Shown here: positions 1-15,400 of the stretch, piece after piece
Position numbering within the stretch: position 1 is the stretch's first letter
Layout of the letters: every line of letters starts with the position of its first letter
DNA from: Ruditapes philippinarum
Lineage: Eukaryota
Direction: 5' to 3'
NCBI RefSeq assembly: GCF_026571515.1
Contig: NW_026866095.1
Coordinates: 62,001-126,000 of the forward strand
DNA length: 64,000 bases
Made by a program: the position numbers and the translations under genes
The notes under the pieces: model-generated
The model's database searches: none
Told to the model about the DNA's origin: nothing
The model's input: the letters and a program-made list of their open reading frames with translations, nothing else

Positions 1-378
1 TAATTTTTTGTACTTTACATGTAGTTAAAACATATTTTATATTAGTTTCATTGTCTCTGAAAAGTACTGTAACAGTCACAGTGAGTAATAAAAGTAAATT
101 ATAAAAAAATTTCTGTATTATAATGGTCTTTTTATTTTCTAGGAATGTTTGTGTGTCACAAAGTGATAATTGTAATAATAAAAGATTAATGTCTTTGATA
201 ACTTTTGGATTGCTAGATCAGGAGGACATACAGTTTTAAGTTTGTCTGTTTGTCACAAAACTTTATGTCTGGTTATAATCTTGATGTCCTTCCACCTTCA
301 TATACAGCCTCCAAACTTCACAAACATACATGGCGCTTGTGTCTGCTTTTTGCACATGTACACTTTATTATTTTCTAG

Positions 379-432
379 GATCTGCTGCTAAAGACCCATT
401 AGATGATTTACTTGGAGATCTTCTAGATGATG
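379..432 (+). CDS. FBF1: FBF1 exon (GSAAKDPLDDLLGDLLDD)
   Basis: ttttctag acceptor, G|gtaggt donor. Confidence 0.8.
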
Positions 433-3400
433 GTAGGTATCTAATCTTGCCACATTGAGAATTTTGGATAGTATAACAATCAGTACTTGGTAAAATTGAG
501 CATATATAGTTCTTCCTCTATTAACCTACTTTGTTAAAGAGAAAAGTTAGGCATTAATACATTTGTTTTACTCTTATTCATAACTTGTGATATTAATAAG
601 ACCAATAATTTCCATGATGTAGGACCATCCATGGCCGAGTGGGCTAGGTCGCTGCATTCAAACCACTTGCCCCTTACCGTCATGGGCTCTAATCCTGCCA
701 GGGACATTGGATTCTTTTATGTGAGGAAGCTATCCAGCTAGCTTATTGAAAGTCAGTAGTTTTACTGAAGTCTTCCTCCGTTTTCCATATGATCTCTTGG
801 TGCGACCCAACATTGCTCATTGGATTTGTCCAACATTTAAATTTGGAACTGTCTTATTTTAAAATTTAGAGAATGTAAAATAAAATCAAGTAAGATGAGC
901 AAGCAACATTAATAACATTGCTGAACAGAAAGTATATATCCTTTGCCACCATTATAGAGCAGTCTGATCAGGCGCTAGAATGGTAGTAGCTAATTTTTCT
1001 TATTTTAATAATGAAGTTCCTTAAACTTTAGAGCTGTAGCTGATATATGGATTACACTGTTCCAAATTAAAAGCTTGGCAAATCCATTACACAAATTCAA
1101 CAGTTTAGGTTTACCTGGCTGTATTCTGGTTACATTGACAAATCTTAATCATAATGCTACTTTGATTAATTACTCATTTCAAATTTATCATATTCTTTTC
1201 TCTCCAGATACAGGAAGCCCACCAAAAAAGCCTTCAAATGGCAATGCTGGCAGACAACAATTTCCTGCAAAGAAACAAAGGTATGTTCACATGTACGAGG
1301 GGTTATCCAAAAATTCGTGGACTTTTAAATATCTCTTGAACGTCAACGTGTATTGTAATGAAAATTTATCAGCATACATTGTAGAATATTAGCAACACAT
1401 TTTGAAAGGAACAGTTAATTGTGTCAATAAATAATTATTTTCTATTGCTTTTAAATAAGTACATACACGGCACCCGGCGCACGGTAGAAAAGTGCAGTAA
1501 GTCATCGTATATTTCTTGCTAAAGAACTAAAAAATTAACGTAGAAAACCCGCTGAACATCGCATGTTTCTTTTATGATGTCATTTAAGTAATTCTTTAAA
1601 ATAATGGACGTCCTTGATTGCATAACGTTGAAGCACAAGTTGTACGTTAATATTATGACGTTGACGTCAATAATTTTTTGGAGTGCGCCGCTGTCACCGA
1701 CATGTGTTTATGTAAAATTAAATATTGTTGTAATAAAAGTAGCTACTCACATGAATTTTTCGGTGTTTATTTGTTATTAATTCTTCTAAGCAGTGTAAGA
1801 ATTTCAAATTAATATCTCAAATAAATTTTACGCAACAAAGAAAGTCCAAGAATTTTTGGATAACCCCTCGTATATGTCCGAGAAAAGAATTTTAAATGAA
1901 TATAATTTCAAAAATGACACTAGATTACATGTAGATCTGACAAAGGGCGTTAAGTTCAACAAAGTTTGAAGAACAAAGTGTAAATATGTTGAGAAAATAG
2001 ATGAAAAATGCAATAGTTCAAAAGTGGAAAGTTATTTAAATTGAGCATCTTAATCAAAAGTGTAAGGAAAACATTTTATTTTGATAATAGACTATAGTTT
2101 TATAAAGTTATTTGATTAGTTCTTAGTAATGTGAAAGTATACAACTAAAGAGATTTATCCCTATTCAAGAAGCATTTAAATGACATTCCTCCAGTTAATT
2201 TATATAAGTTACCTAGTGTTCACTTACTCCACTGACGTTTTTACATGATTGGACTGAAAATACTGTTTTTCAAGATTTGTGTGTCATCTGATGTAGATCT
2301 AAACCAATAACTAATATGCAAAATTTCAGGTCATTAGCTCATTTTATCTTTCCAGAATTATTGTTTTTATTGTGTAAAATGTCTTAGATAAAAAGTGTCA
2401 CACAACTGATTTAAGAACTGCACAGAATATGAATTTTGATTAAAATCTTAGTGTATTCCTTCAATATCTTTTACAATTTTTCCTTTTAATTGCCCCAGTT
2501 AATCTAGGTAAGAATAAGAATTTTTACCTCATATTTATAAGGCTTGTAGAGCTGCCTTGTACATGTACTATAAACTAGTCAGACAGCACATTTACATATT
2601 GGTGGAATAGGTTTTTGACTATATCAGCTATAGTCTCTGAAAGTTAATGTAATAAAATTTTACTGTTTTTCTCATAGCTCTAAAGATGAAGATTTCTATA
2701 GTAGCCTGGCTCAGGCAGCAGAAGATGCTGAATTATCAGATGTTTCTGAAGCAGATGTTAATAAAATGGCTAAAAGCATAGCAGTAAGTGATTTATCTTA
2801 ATACATAATGTATATATTGTAGTTGGTACATTTTATACTACAGTTGGAAAAGAATTATTGCAAAACTTGAATTTTCAAGATATGTTTTGAAAAACTTGTT
2901 GGAACTGAAAGTGATAGAGTATTGCCTTGCCAGCCTGAACATCTGTGTAACTTACTCAAAATTTTCATTTTGACATACCTAAAAATTGTTATTGGACAAT
3001 ACAAAAATGGAAGCTGGTCAAATCTTAGAATGAAATTCAGGTTACAACTAGTCTGAAATTCAGGTTAAAAATTCTTTTTATTGTTTATTTTAGCTGTCTT
3101 AAACAATTTTCAGCTAAAGAATGATTTGTTGACATTTTATTTAATCAACACAATAAGATTTTGAAAATATAAATAAACAACTATTTGTAAACTTTATAAA
3201 ACTCTGTACTATCCAGTTTATGTTTGAAAAGGTCTCTACTTTATGCGACAAATAATTTATTGAGAACTTGTGAAGGCTGATAGATCTGAATGAAAATTTA
3301 TTTATGTCATTCTTTAGGATCTTGATGACTTGGATGCTGATCTGTTTCAAGCAGCAGGTGGTAGCACTAAAACACCTAAGCGTGGAAGTCTTAAGGATAA

Positions 3401-6400
3401 AACTGGCAAGAGCGGGACCCCTCGAAGATCTGGTACACCAAGGTCAAGAAGTGGGACACCTAGAGCTTCCTCTCCTCCACTGAGGATGACCTCACCTGGT
3501 AACAGAGTAATCTCCCCTTCACATCAGAGAGTTACTTCCCCTCAAGGACGGGGCACTCCTACAAGCACTGGCAGGGACACTCCTGGAAGTCAACACTCGG
3601 GAATCGATTCAAATAGACCAGGCAGTGGGTCTAAAAAACCTTCATCTCTCAGAAGATCAAAATCCCCAACAACTGAACCAACTGTAGAGTACAGGCCTAC
3701 CACTGCTCCTGGCAAAATGACTGGTAAGTTAAGGACGTTTTCGGGAGTTTTCATATAGACATAAAAGTAAAATTAAAACTGTTCAATAGAATTTCTTTAA
3801 ACTTGGCATGTTGTTAGAATATGATAACAGAAACATTTTAAGTGAAAAAAAATATTGGGGTCACCGTTTTTGAGTTATCTGCCCCTAAAACGTCTTTAAG
3901 TGAATTGTTTTTATACATTTACTTATCTCTTAACCTGCCTTATATGTGTAACTGATTTACCCAGCTTTGAGTATAGAACAGTCCATTCATAGTGAAAGGG
4001 TTTTCAAAATTGGAATACAAAAAATGAGTATCAACAATATATGGTCTGGTCAGACTGAAGAGATATGCAGACTGGCCTTGGTCTATACTGGTGGTAAAAG
4101 GTGATCACTTGATTCCAGACGGGTAAATGTTTATCTTTTGCTGCCTTTTATTATTCACTTACAAGTAAAAATCATTAGTTTAGAATAATTATTTTGAACT
4201 ATACCTTAACTTTTCAACTGTTTTTTTTTAATTTTCAAAATTTAAATTTTATTATATAGTTTAAAAGTGTTTGCTTGATGTAAGAATACTACTCAATTAT
4301 TTTTGCATATTTATTTCTATAGATTTGAATGAAAGGGCAAGTGTTGGACTCAAGCCTGGCCAGGAGCAAGAAAGACCAAGGACAGTACCTAAAGCAAAGT
4401 CAATTGACTTTGGAGGTCAGTTCTGTAATGACTAATGTTACCTTGAGCTACTAACAGATTTTAAGCTGTACATAATTTAAGCTTATCTATATTTCATTCT
4501 TCAGTTCACATAGATTTAAAAAAGTGAAAAGTTTGTTTTTCAACCATGTGCTTTTATGGATCGATTTGGAGGGATTCAAAACTGAATTTGGCAAAAGACA
4601 ACTTTCCAACATCAATAATGATTGATTGACCTAGTAACCTCCCTGTGAATTATCATGTGAAAAGTCAACTGTGTAAAACGATGGACCTTCCATAAGCTTG
4701 TGTGAAAGCTTCTTTACATGCAAGAATTCAATTGCCTCAAGGCAGTGATTTGAAGTTGATTACCTTAACAACTTTGCTACAGGGTTTTAACCAATTACAT
4801 TGAGATTATCATTACAATATATCAAACATATTTCTAAGAAGCTGGGACAGAGTTTCAATTTGTGACCAAGAGATTATTTTAAAAGAAGAATTATAACTTA
4901 TTTTCCACAGAAATATGTTATATTTTCCACACAAATATATATTAAATATAAATATTTTATTTTCACAGATTTTGATGCAGACGACCCTCTGGCTGGTATT
5001 CCTCTATCTGATGATGAGGAAGATTTCGGGATACCAGCAAAAAAAGCAGCACCTAAACAACAGGTGACAAGACAAAAATCCAGTGAAAATATTTCACCAA
5101 GAGCTGCTGCAGCTGTTACCATCGACACTAAACTAGGTAAGAACACCTTGAATTCTTAAAAAACTGTGCAACCTGTACTGAGTGGCCCTCTGAAAACCAT
5201 TATTCTCTTAACAACATTGTTATCATTTTGTTTCAAAATCTAAAATTCACAATGAATTAAACTTCTTTAGAGCAATGTCTCTTGGTAACAACCAATATTT
5301 TTTCCCAAGGAGTGTTACTCTGCAGGGGTTACACTGTATGTGTAATAAATGCTAGAACATAATATTATTAAAAAGAATTACTTGTTTGATAGATGTTAGT
5401 GCAGCATTCCTTAGGCTTTACTAATGTTCAGAACATGACCTTAAAGTAAGGAAGTCTGATAAATAAGTTTTGTTTTTCAAAGTATTCATTTAATAGATAA
5501 GGCAATTTTGGCTGTTTTGAAAACTGTAAATTTTGTTTTGATAAAAAATTGGTTAATGATATATATGTAACTTTTCAAAAATAAAAAAAGTAATGGTAGT
5601 CCTTGTTGACTAAATGATATGTTAAGATTGTTTTTTAAATTGACATAAAATGTTTTGTTTTATTTGATGTAGAATCCCCTCGACAGAGGACTTTGTTTGA
5701 CAGACCTCCCACTAGGAGTGGAAGTACAAAGACCGAAACACCAGACAAAGATCAGGAACCAGCCCCAGTACAGAAACAAAGTACACCTAAACCTGGTATG
5801 ACCTATATGTCCTTTGTAAAATGTAGACATTTAATATAAAAGAGATATAAACACAACTAAAGCAAAAAGTTTTTTCTCTTGTGCATGCATCATTCCTTTT
5901 AAAATAAACATGCAATATCATTTATGTTTCACAGTGATTAGTGCTATTGTTGAAAGAAATTTAATTTTTTCAGCTCTAACTAAGAAGAAGTCAGAAGACG
6001 CCTTATTCAGTGATGATGATGACTTCCTTGGAGGCCTTGGAATAGAAGAGAAAGGTGCCGCCCCTAAACCCAAAGCTAAACTACCGGATGATGATGAAGA
6101 CAGTAGGCCAGCTAAGTCAGCAATGGATAAACTTCTCGGGAAAAGTTCCGTGGCAAAACATCTGGAACCAACTAAAGAAAGAAGAGAATTTGTCCTTGAT
6201 GCAAAATACACACAGCCACAAGGTAAAATAAGGTGATTTTATGTAACATACATGTATATTGTGATATTTATATAAATGTATATTGTAGGCCTGGTGTAAT
6301 TGTTTATTATGGGATCAATATAATTGTGTTTGTGGAATAGTTATAAATTATTGTACCTTGAAGAATTTATATACATGTATGTTGTGGGATTTTGCCTGCA

Positions 6401-9400
6401 AGTTAGCATCTTCATAGCTACATAAGGGAATAGATTGAAACTTCACACACTTATTTGAGAGAATAACAGGAGCTCACTATCCCAGGTCCATAACTCTAAC
6501 ATGGATTTTTACAGAATTATGGCCCTTTTTGAACATAGAAAATTCTACATTATCCCTTCGCTTGTTTACTATCAATCACTGTGAAAAGTCGAGCCCGCTA
6601 TTCTACAAAGAGCTTTGTTTGTTTGTTTTTTGTTTGGTTTCGACTCTCCTTACTTAATGACATTTAGCTCGACTATTCGAAGAATATGAGAGCTATTGTA
6701 GTCGCCCCGGCGTCGGCGTCCGCGTCCGCGTCGGCGTCTGCGTTGGTTAAAGTTTTTTGTAAAGTCAAATATCTCAATTATTACTTGAGATATTCAATTG
6801 AAACTTACAATACTTATTTATAGTAACAAGGTACATCAGATTGACAAGTTGGATAACTCTGCCTACAATATTGACAGAATTATGCCCCTTTTTAACTTAG
6901 AAATTTTGGTTAAAGTTTTTTGTAAAGTCAAATATCTCAATTATTGCTTGAGATATTCAATTGAAACTTACAATACTTATTTATAGTAACAAGGTACATC
7001 AGATTGACAAGTTGGATAACTCTGCCTACAATATTGACAGAATAATGCCCCTTTTTAACTTAGAAATTTCGGTTAAAGTTTTTTGTAAAGTCAAATATCT
7101 CAATTATTGTTTGAGATATTCAATTGAAACTTACAATACTTATTTATAGTAACAATGTACATCAGATTGACAAGTTGGATAACTCTGCCTACCATATTGA
7201 CAGAATTATGCCCCTTTGGAACTTAGAAATTTTGGTTAAAGTTTTTTGTAAAGTCAAATATCTCAATTATTGCTTGAGATAATCAATTGAAATTTAAAAT
7301 ACTTATTTATAGTAACAATGTACATCAGTTTGCAAAATTGCATAACTCTATCTGCAATATTTGCAGAATTATTTACCCCTTTGAAACTTAGAAATTTTGG
7401 TTAAAGGTTAACGGTCTTCAAAGATATTTACTTGAAACTTTACACATGCACTTAGGGTCATAATTGGAGGGTCATAATTGTATGTCACTGACCAAGTTCC
7501 ATAACTCTATCTTGCATTAAGGCTGATTCATATCCCCTTTTCTACTTAGTCTCTTGGTTAATGTTTACATGCAAGTTTTACATATCTCAATAACTATTAA
7601 AGATATTTATTTAAAACTTCACATTATGCATTTAGGGTCATAATTGTAGGTCACTGACAAAGATCCATAATTCTATCTTGCATTTAGGCTGATTTTTCTC
7701 CCCTTTTTCAACTTAGAAATTCATGATAAAGTTTTGCTTGTAAGCTGTTATCTCAATAACTACTGAAGGGTTTGTGCCTTTTTTTGGACAATTTTATGCA
7801 TTCATAATAATAAAGTAGTGATTTACTTGATAAAACATCTTAATAACAAGCCTTTGTACCTTTTCTGTCAAATTAATGTATTCATAGGTAATTAGTATTA
7901 TTATACTCAATAAAAAACCCTTGTGACATTACCTTCCGAATAGTCAACCCAATTCTGTATAATTAGACTCTCTCTAAGGCCTATAACATGAATTTATAAA
8001 AAAAAATTAGCCCTTTTGTGAACTTAAAAAATTTAACAATATCAAGGCTCTTTTACTATCAAGCACTTAGAATAGTCGAGCATGCTGTCCTACAGACAGC
8101 TCTTGTTATTTGGGTAATCAAAAGATTATGATAATATTGAATACATTGAATTACTAAAAGTATATTAACATTTTTCAGGTGGTCAGGAGGCAGAGGATGA
8201 CTTCTTGTTTGGGAGTTACATGCCTTCAGCGGTGGGCTCTAACAGTTCAAGACCAACGTCTCGTAGATCTGTTAGGTATGTCAATTTTATTTCTTTCTTC
8301 TGAAGGGGCGTCTTTTGTTGATTTTTTACGGTCATTCTTGGATCTTGGTTCTTGGATTCTTTTTTGTTAGGAAGCTGTCAGTGATGTAACAGAATGTCAG
8401 TGGTTCTACTCAAGGACCTGCTTGTGCCTAAAATAATGCAAAGAAGGGCATCTGAGATCTTTCTTTACCAGTAATGCTGGAAAGTTCCCATATGACCATT
8501 ACAGTGTCGTAAAAACTCAACTATAACAACTTTCATGTAAAAGTGGATAACTTGATTAAGATTTCCATGTTATTTCAAAAGTCAGGCAAATAAAACTTAT
8601 TGTATGATTTATTTAATCGAATACTAGTACTTAATTGAGTAATTTCTATGTGATCATTGCCAGTCATAGTTACCACAAACTTGCAAAATTTTGTACAAAC
8701 TGAGTTTTGAAACTAGTATAATAATACAGTAAAAACTCTGAAAACCGGAATCCTCTGAAAACCGGACCATTTCAAAAGTCCCGTAAATTCTCCTTATAAT
8801 GTTCATTGAAAAAAAATCCTCTGAATACCGGAACCTCTGAATTCCGAAAACTGGACGATTTTCTATGGTTTCTAATGCTAAACATGCATAAAAAATCCTC
8901 TGAAAACCGGACAGCAGTTTTAAGTGTCAACTTTCTGTGTATTTTAATGTAGATTAAAACATAATCTCAACTGGTGACGTGTTCAATTAACAATTAATGA
9001 TTACCCTTTTTTTTTATCTATGCAGGGGTGAAAACACTTTTCAGTGTGTGTTAATTTCTTATTGGCAATTAAATTGAAGCTCTTCCATCATAATTGTGTC
9101 TTTCCCTGTATAGGCATGGTTTTTCAAAATGTTGTAAATTTGTTGTGTGATTTTTTTTAATATAAAATGTCTAGCAGAATTGAGAAACTTTTGCTGTTTT
9201 GCTTAAAATTTTGACCTTGAAGTTATCCTTGTTTGGATATTAATTAGACTCTATATATGCAAAATATTAATACTAAATTCCATATACATTGAACATGGAT
9301 TTGCATAATAAAATTACTTAAGACATTTATTGCAAAAAGAAATTAAAACATGACTAAGAAAAAAGTGTTGAAAAGTAAATACAAAATGATTGAACAAAGA

Positions 9401-12400
9401 TATTGTTCAAACACATCATAATAATCAATAATGTATAAAACCTCTGAAAACCAGAATCCTCTTAAAACCGGACTTTTGGTCAAGTCCGGACAGGGTGCGG
9501 TTTTCAGAGTTTTTACTGTACTATGATTTAATTATCACTTAAGCCAAACACATTTTTTTAACAGGAATGCATCATAATTTTCAGATATTTTTTATATGAT
9601 TATGAACAGGTTTCAAGATGATGATGATATATTTGGCTTGAACGATGATCCGCCTAAATCTAGTATGACAAAGAAACCAGTTGAGGATGACAGTATGGAC
9701 TGGTTAGAGATGGCCACTGGAGGGAAAACTCCAGATAAAACTTCAGATAAAACTCCAGCCAAACAGGTGGAGCCTCCTGTACAGAAAAAGGTAGAGGCTA
9801 AACCAGTGACTCCGCCTAGCAAGTCAACAAAGGCAGCTGATTGGCTAGGACTAAAGAGTGATGATGAAGAGGAGGAATATGATTTCCTGAAAGCATCCTC
9901 ATTCTCTGCTCCTGCCAGACAAGGGCAACCATTGGTAAACATATTAATAATGATTATTTATGCTTTAAATAAGATTTTCAATGACTATTTCTTGTGTAAA
10001 TGTATATTGTATGGCTGGTGTAATTGTTTATTATGGGATCAATATAATTGTTTTTGTGGAATTGATGTAAGTTATTGTACAGTAAGGATTTTCTATAAAT
10101 GTATGTTGTGGAATTTTTGCCTGCATATAAATAATATATCAGTAGTTCAGAAATGAATGCAAATATTTGAGAAACATTAAAAGACCTTTAAACAAGTTTA
10201 AAGAATATTAACAGTCAAATCTTTGATTGGTAAAAAACCAAGCAACTGTTTTTTGTTTTACCTCTAAAACTTATTCAGTGATATACATATTTTAGTTACA
10301 GTCTCAACCTAAGCCAGCTCAACAACCTAAACCTCAAGCTGTTTCTAGCCCAGCACCAGCCAAGCAACCAGAACCTAAACTGTCTCAGTCTGGTGGGAAA
10401 AAAGATGATTACCTTGGTCTTGGCGATGAAATAGACCCAAGTAAACTACTGAGGTACAGATTGACTTTGTTAATGTAGTGTATAATTACAGACAAGTTAC
10501 TTAAAAATGGCAACAATTGAACAATGCAACACCTTTAACCCATTTCTGCATGAGCATTTTGTGAAAAAATGGCTGTTTTCATTGAAAAGTCTCCTGTTAC
10601 AAGTTCAAATTGCTATGAAACTATAAAAGATGCTTCAATATTCATCAAACTTGGCACAAATGTTGACTGGACCATAGCTTTTGTCAGGGCATGCTCAATC
10701 TTAAATTTTCAATTACCATGGCAACAAGGGGACATCTCAAAATTGCCAAAAATTACTATTTTTCATTGTTTTTTTCCATCAAAACTGATTTCAAAGTGCT
10801 GCAATATCTCAATGGATAGAGATAGTCAAAAGTTTTTCAGCTTTGGTTACAATTTACCTTCTGATCGACCTAAGGCCAATTTTAGCCTCTCACAAGTCAA
10901 AAATCTTTTTGGGGATGAGGCCCTCCCCTCAAACCCCTACTCAGAAGGGGGCACATCCCCCCTCTGGGCCCCCCCCTCCCTGATGTATTTATTTTATAGG
11001 GGTCGCGCTGAAAAAGTGATAACTTTTTTTTACAACATTTCTCAAATGAAAACAAGTGTTTGGGGTCTTAGATAGGACATTTTTTTTCACCATTTGAGGC
11101 CTCAAAAAAATGGGGGGAGGGGAAAGAGGTCTATATGAAGTAATGGATTAAGCATCGAATTGATTTATGTTAAGAGTAAATTTTTTTTAGTTTCTTTTCT
11201 TTAGAAAAGTGAGCATTGCATGGCCAATATGTAATAATTTATGCCAGTTTAAAGTGATTTGGCTGTATTTACAGTTTCATACCTATTGGAATGTTTGCTT
11301 ATAATGTATCTATTAATTCCTTAAGATCTATCAATATATCAACTTCTTTAGAATACTGTTTTTGTAAGATAAATGATACTTTTTCACATGAGTGTTAAAG
11401 CATTTTGATTAGCAAAAATAATAATAAAATAATCATTAAAATTAATCCATTAAACGTTGATCAACAGTTTGGTGCATTTCCCTTTGCCACTAAAGACAAT
11501 TTCTGATATTGTAAAACTGGATAGAAAGTAATGACAGATATATGTGCTTACACTTTTGATGACTTTGACAAAAAAAATCCAGGCAGGATTTTACAAGTTT
11601 GATAAATAAAAATTAAAAAGAAAAAATTGTATCCACCTTTTAGACATGCCTGATGAGTAATATGAGGGTTTTCTATATGCTAAAATCCAAGCTATTAATG
11701 AATGTTCTAACATTCCTGTTTTCCTAAGAAGATTTCAATAATTTTCAACTATATTTCTGTCAATCTGTTTTCCCTAATATTCTCTATACATAATCTAGTT
11801 TGTATCCTTAGTATTTAAATACTTTTTTCCATATAATTTTACTATTTGGTGAAGGACCTTGTATACCTATAGATGAGATTATTTAAACATGTTTACAGTT
11901 AACTACAGTCAAACTGGAATTGAAGGCCAGATTTGCATTGATTTCAAAGCTATAAATTTACATAAAGTACAGATAAAAATTAATTTCAAAACTATAAATT
12001 CACTTCAACTACAGATTTGAAACAGCTTCAGGCCAATGAATTTACACCAACAATAGGTTTGAAATAATGTCAGATCTATAAATTCTCTACAGAATTGAAT
12101 CACAAACCTGTTTCATTTAGGTTAGAGTAATATGAAACAACATTTTTTCTATTACTGCTTAGTGAACATTGATTCTGATGTCTCTAATCATACAAACTGA
12201 GGCTTTCTTACTGCCTGCCTCTATAATTTTACCTTTACAATGTATATATGTTCATTACACATTTTTAAACAGAACCTTTTCTTGCATTTTAGAATTAATC
12301 GGATGTTCTTTATGAACCATTTAATTTTATAAATACAGTTTTAGCAATGGACCTTTCCATTGTTTACATTTTTATGCAAATTTGATGACTGCCTATCAGT

Positions 12401-15400
12401 TGTTAAACTGGAATAAGACATAATCACTGGATGATCTTGTTTACACAAAAGAACACATAGTTTCATTACTTGTACTGTTTGTAAGCAATTTACCTGGCAT
12501 TAAACAGAAAAAGCGGGGCTAATTTTTTCACTGCTAAACCTGTAAAGGTCTTCTTGGTTAGGTAAAAAAAATAATACTCTATCTTTAAAACATTGTTCTT
12601 TTTATTTTACATTTATTGGTCTTCAATTCAAGGTTTGACTGTAAATAAACATGTAAATATTCTTGTACAATAGAAAAAAAATAACCCTATTTTATACATA
12701 AAAAACCCCTTTTCAGAGGGAAAAAAACCTCCTAAAATTTAGTGCAAATTTGTCCCGATTGAATTTCTGAAGGGGGACGACTATTTTTGTCTCCGCGCCA
12801 GAGTGCGGGAACCAAACCTCCAGTAGAAAAAGCGGACCCAAAGTAGGTTTACGTGTGATGTTGTCAGTGTGATATTTTTAATATCTTCATTGAAATCATC
12901 TTGACGTCATGAAATCATTCACTTATGAACAAAATTTTAGCTTTAGATCTAATAAAAAAGTTTCATTATAAGTCCTCAAGATTACCAAAAATATGCAAAG
13001 AAAATAGAACTTAAGATTATTTATTGATTATAATAGTTATTGATTATTAGTAATTTCATTAACATTTTATTTATGTAAATGCAAAATTGGGGAATCATAC
13101 GTGATGACAAGTTTTAAACTTGATTTTCAAGTTTAAGTCCCAAGTATTTGAGTTTACAGGCATACTCAAATATGTGTGATATGGCCCAGTATTTGGTTTT
13201 TAAGCTTTATTTTTTTACTTGAGTAATTGACTTTAAGTTATTTTTACACTATGCTACTTAGCAGCTTTCCATATTGATCAATGTCTGCAAATAACATTTT
13301 CATATGATTGAAAATTTTTGCTTATATGTATTTCAATTTTTATAGCAGTGCATGCATAGTGCAATATTTGAATCTTTTACCTGTGAGATAATTAATTAAA
13401 TTTACATTTTTTAGTTAGATTGATATTGATTTAAAGAGTCCATCCTATCCAATTTAAACTTATATATTATGTTTCAATTCATAAATAAACCTTTTTATGA
13501 AAGGTTTTGTTTTTAAGTGAAGATTAGTTAACTGAAGCTACTTAAATGGATCTTGATGATTTTAACTGTCAGAGTTAAAAAAAAACAACAGCTATAACAT
13601 TTTAGCTACATCATTAGATAGTTAGTTATAATAGAATAGACTTGACTAAATTTGCTGGTAAAAGGATAACTCACTGATACCAGACGGAAACATCTGAATT
13701 TATTGAATATGTGCATAAATAAGGTAATATTTAATTAGACAAATTTAGCAAGAGTTATCTTGTTTGAAACCATAGAAAATAATGTATAATATTTAGATAC
13801 AATTACTGTGTGCTCTCAATGCATGTCTGTCAAAACTTAACCCTTAATCTGCTGCAAGAGATCAGCCTTTGTCACTAGTATAGAGCCAGGCCTGTCTGTA
13901 TATCCATTTAGTCTAAACAGGCTCTATACTATTGCTTGCTTAATTTTGGTATTTTTATACTGAAATCTTCAAATGAACAGTTCCAAATTCAAAGCAGTGT
14001 AAATCCATTATACAGATTCAGCAGAATAGGGGTAAACTATTGAGTGTTATCAAATAACGACATTTTATGCTCTGTTTTTTTTAGTAGGTCTTGAGCTAAC
14101 ACGGGGGCCTGCCCAGGCTCTTTCTGTTGGCTTCTTATTTTATTTTGGTAAGTCATATCTTTTGCTGCATGTGGACTTTTAAAGTAAAAGCAAAAAATTT
14201 CATTAATAAAACAGCAATAAGGACAGAAATCAAAAAAATCATTTAAAAAACCCTTGATATATGTATAATATATATTATTATTTTTTTAATTTTGTTTTTT
14301 AAAGAGATCAGGGATGTTTCAGATGTTTGGGGTACATATGTCATATCATTTTGTTATAATCCACCAGTCAGTTGTTACCATGGTCCCCTACACCAGGCAG
14401 GAACGGAGATTATGAGCCAAGTTTTTACCTGCAGCCGATTTGTTTTGGGTAGAATGTGATATTGCCAAATCCCAGTGCAGGGGCATTTAGTTATGAGCTT
14501 GGGTTTTACTGGGGTTTAAATAATCCAATAGCCAAAGTTTCTACAATTCTGTAGGTGTTTGGGGGCCGTGATAAATATTGACTGGTGCATAACAGAACAG
14601 GAGCGGTTCTAGGTCACATGTTTCAATTCAGATATAAATATATTTGACTGTTTCAAAGTGTATTTTGTAAGAAAGCTTAATTTCACACCTTAAACAGAGA
14701 TTTATTTTATGTCAAAATTGGAACTGGATTACTGCTAATTATAGCATTTATTTACAGTCAAGTTTTCTTTTTATTTTAGTTGTATTTGATAAAAAAAATT
14801 CATTGTAAATGTTGTTGTGCCAAGATATGATTTTATCAGTTTGAAAAAGTGGCGAGTGTCTTTAGCTCAAATAATGTTAACAGGTAAAATGCCTATAGTA
14901 GGGAGCCAGGGCCGATATGCCATTCTGGCGAGGCTTTTCATGGTTAACTGCCAAGTTTTATTATTTTGATATTTGAGATTCAAACTAAAACACAACCTCA
15001 GTGCAGACTATTTAATATTTTGGATTATAAAGTATGAAAAGTCACATTCAATAAGATATACATATAAAATATCTTTTAAAGAAAGCATGCTTGACTGTAA
15101 ATATATATGCTCAAGAAAGAGCTTTGAATTATAATCAGACTCCAGATTATTGTATTTTTTACACAAACTTTATTTTTGTTTAATTCAGACATTTTGCTTT
15201 CTGTGTTGTGTTTTATGTTTATTGTGGATGTTTAAATGTTGTCACATTATGTGGATGTTTAAATGTTGTCACATTATCATTTAATTTAAAGGTCACATTA
15301 TCATGGTCATTTAACTGTAGGGTCACATGATCATTTAACTATATGGTCACATGATCATTTAACTATATGGTCACATGATCATTTAACTATAAGATCACAC

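Noticed and set aside
6798-7149. Duplicated 62-aa ORFs
   Set aside because: Translations of the 163-bp HINE tandem units.
10569-11075. 168-aa ORF as a transposase or nested gene
   Set aside because: No recognisable domain; lies in a repeat-like terminus with C-runs.
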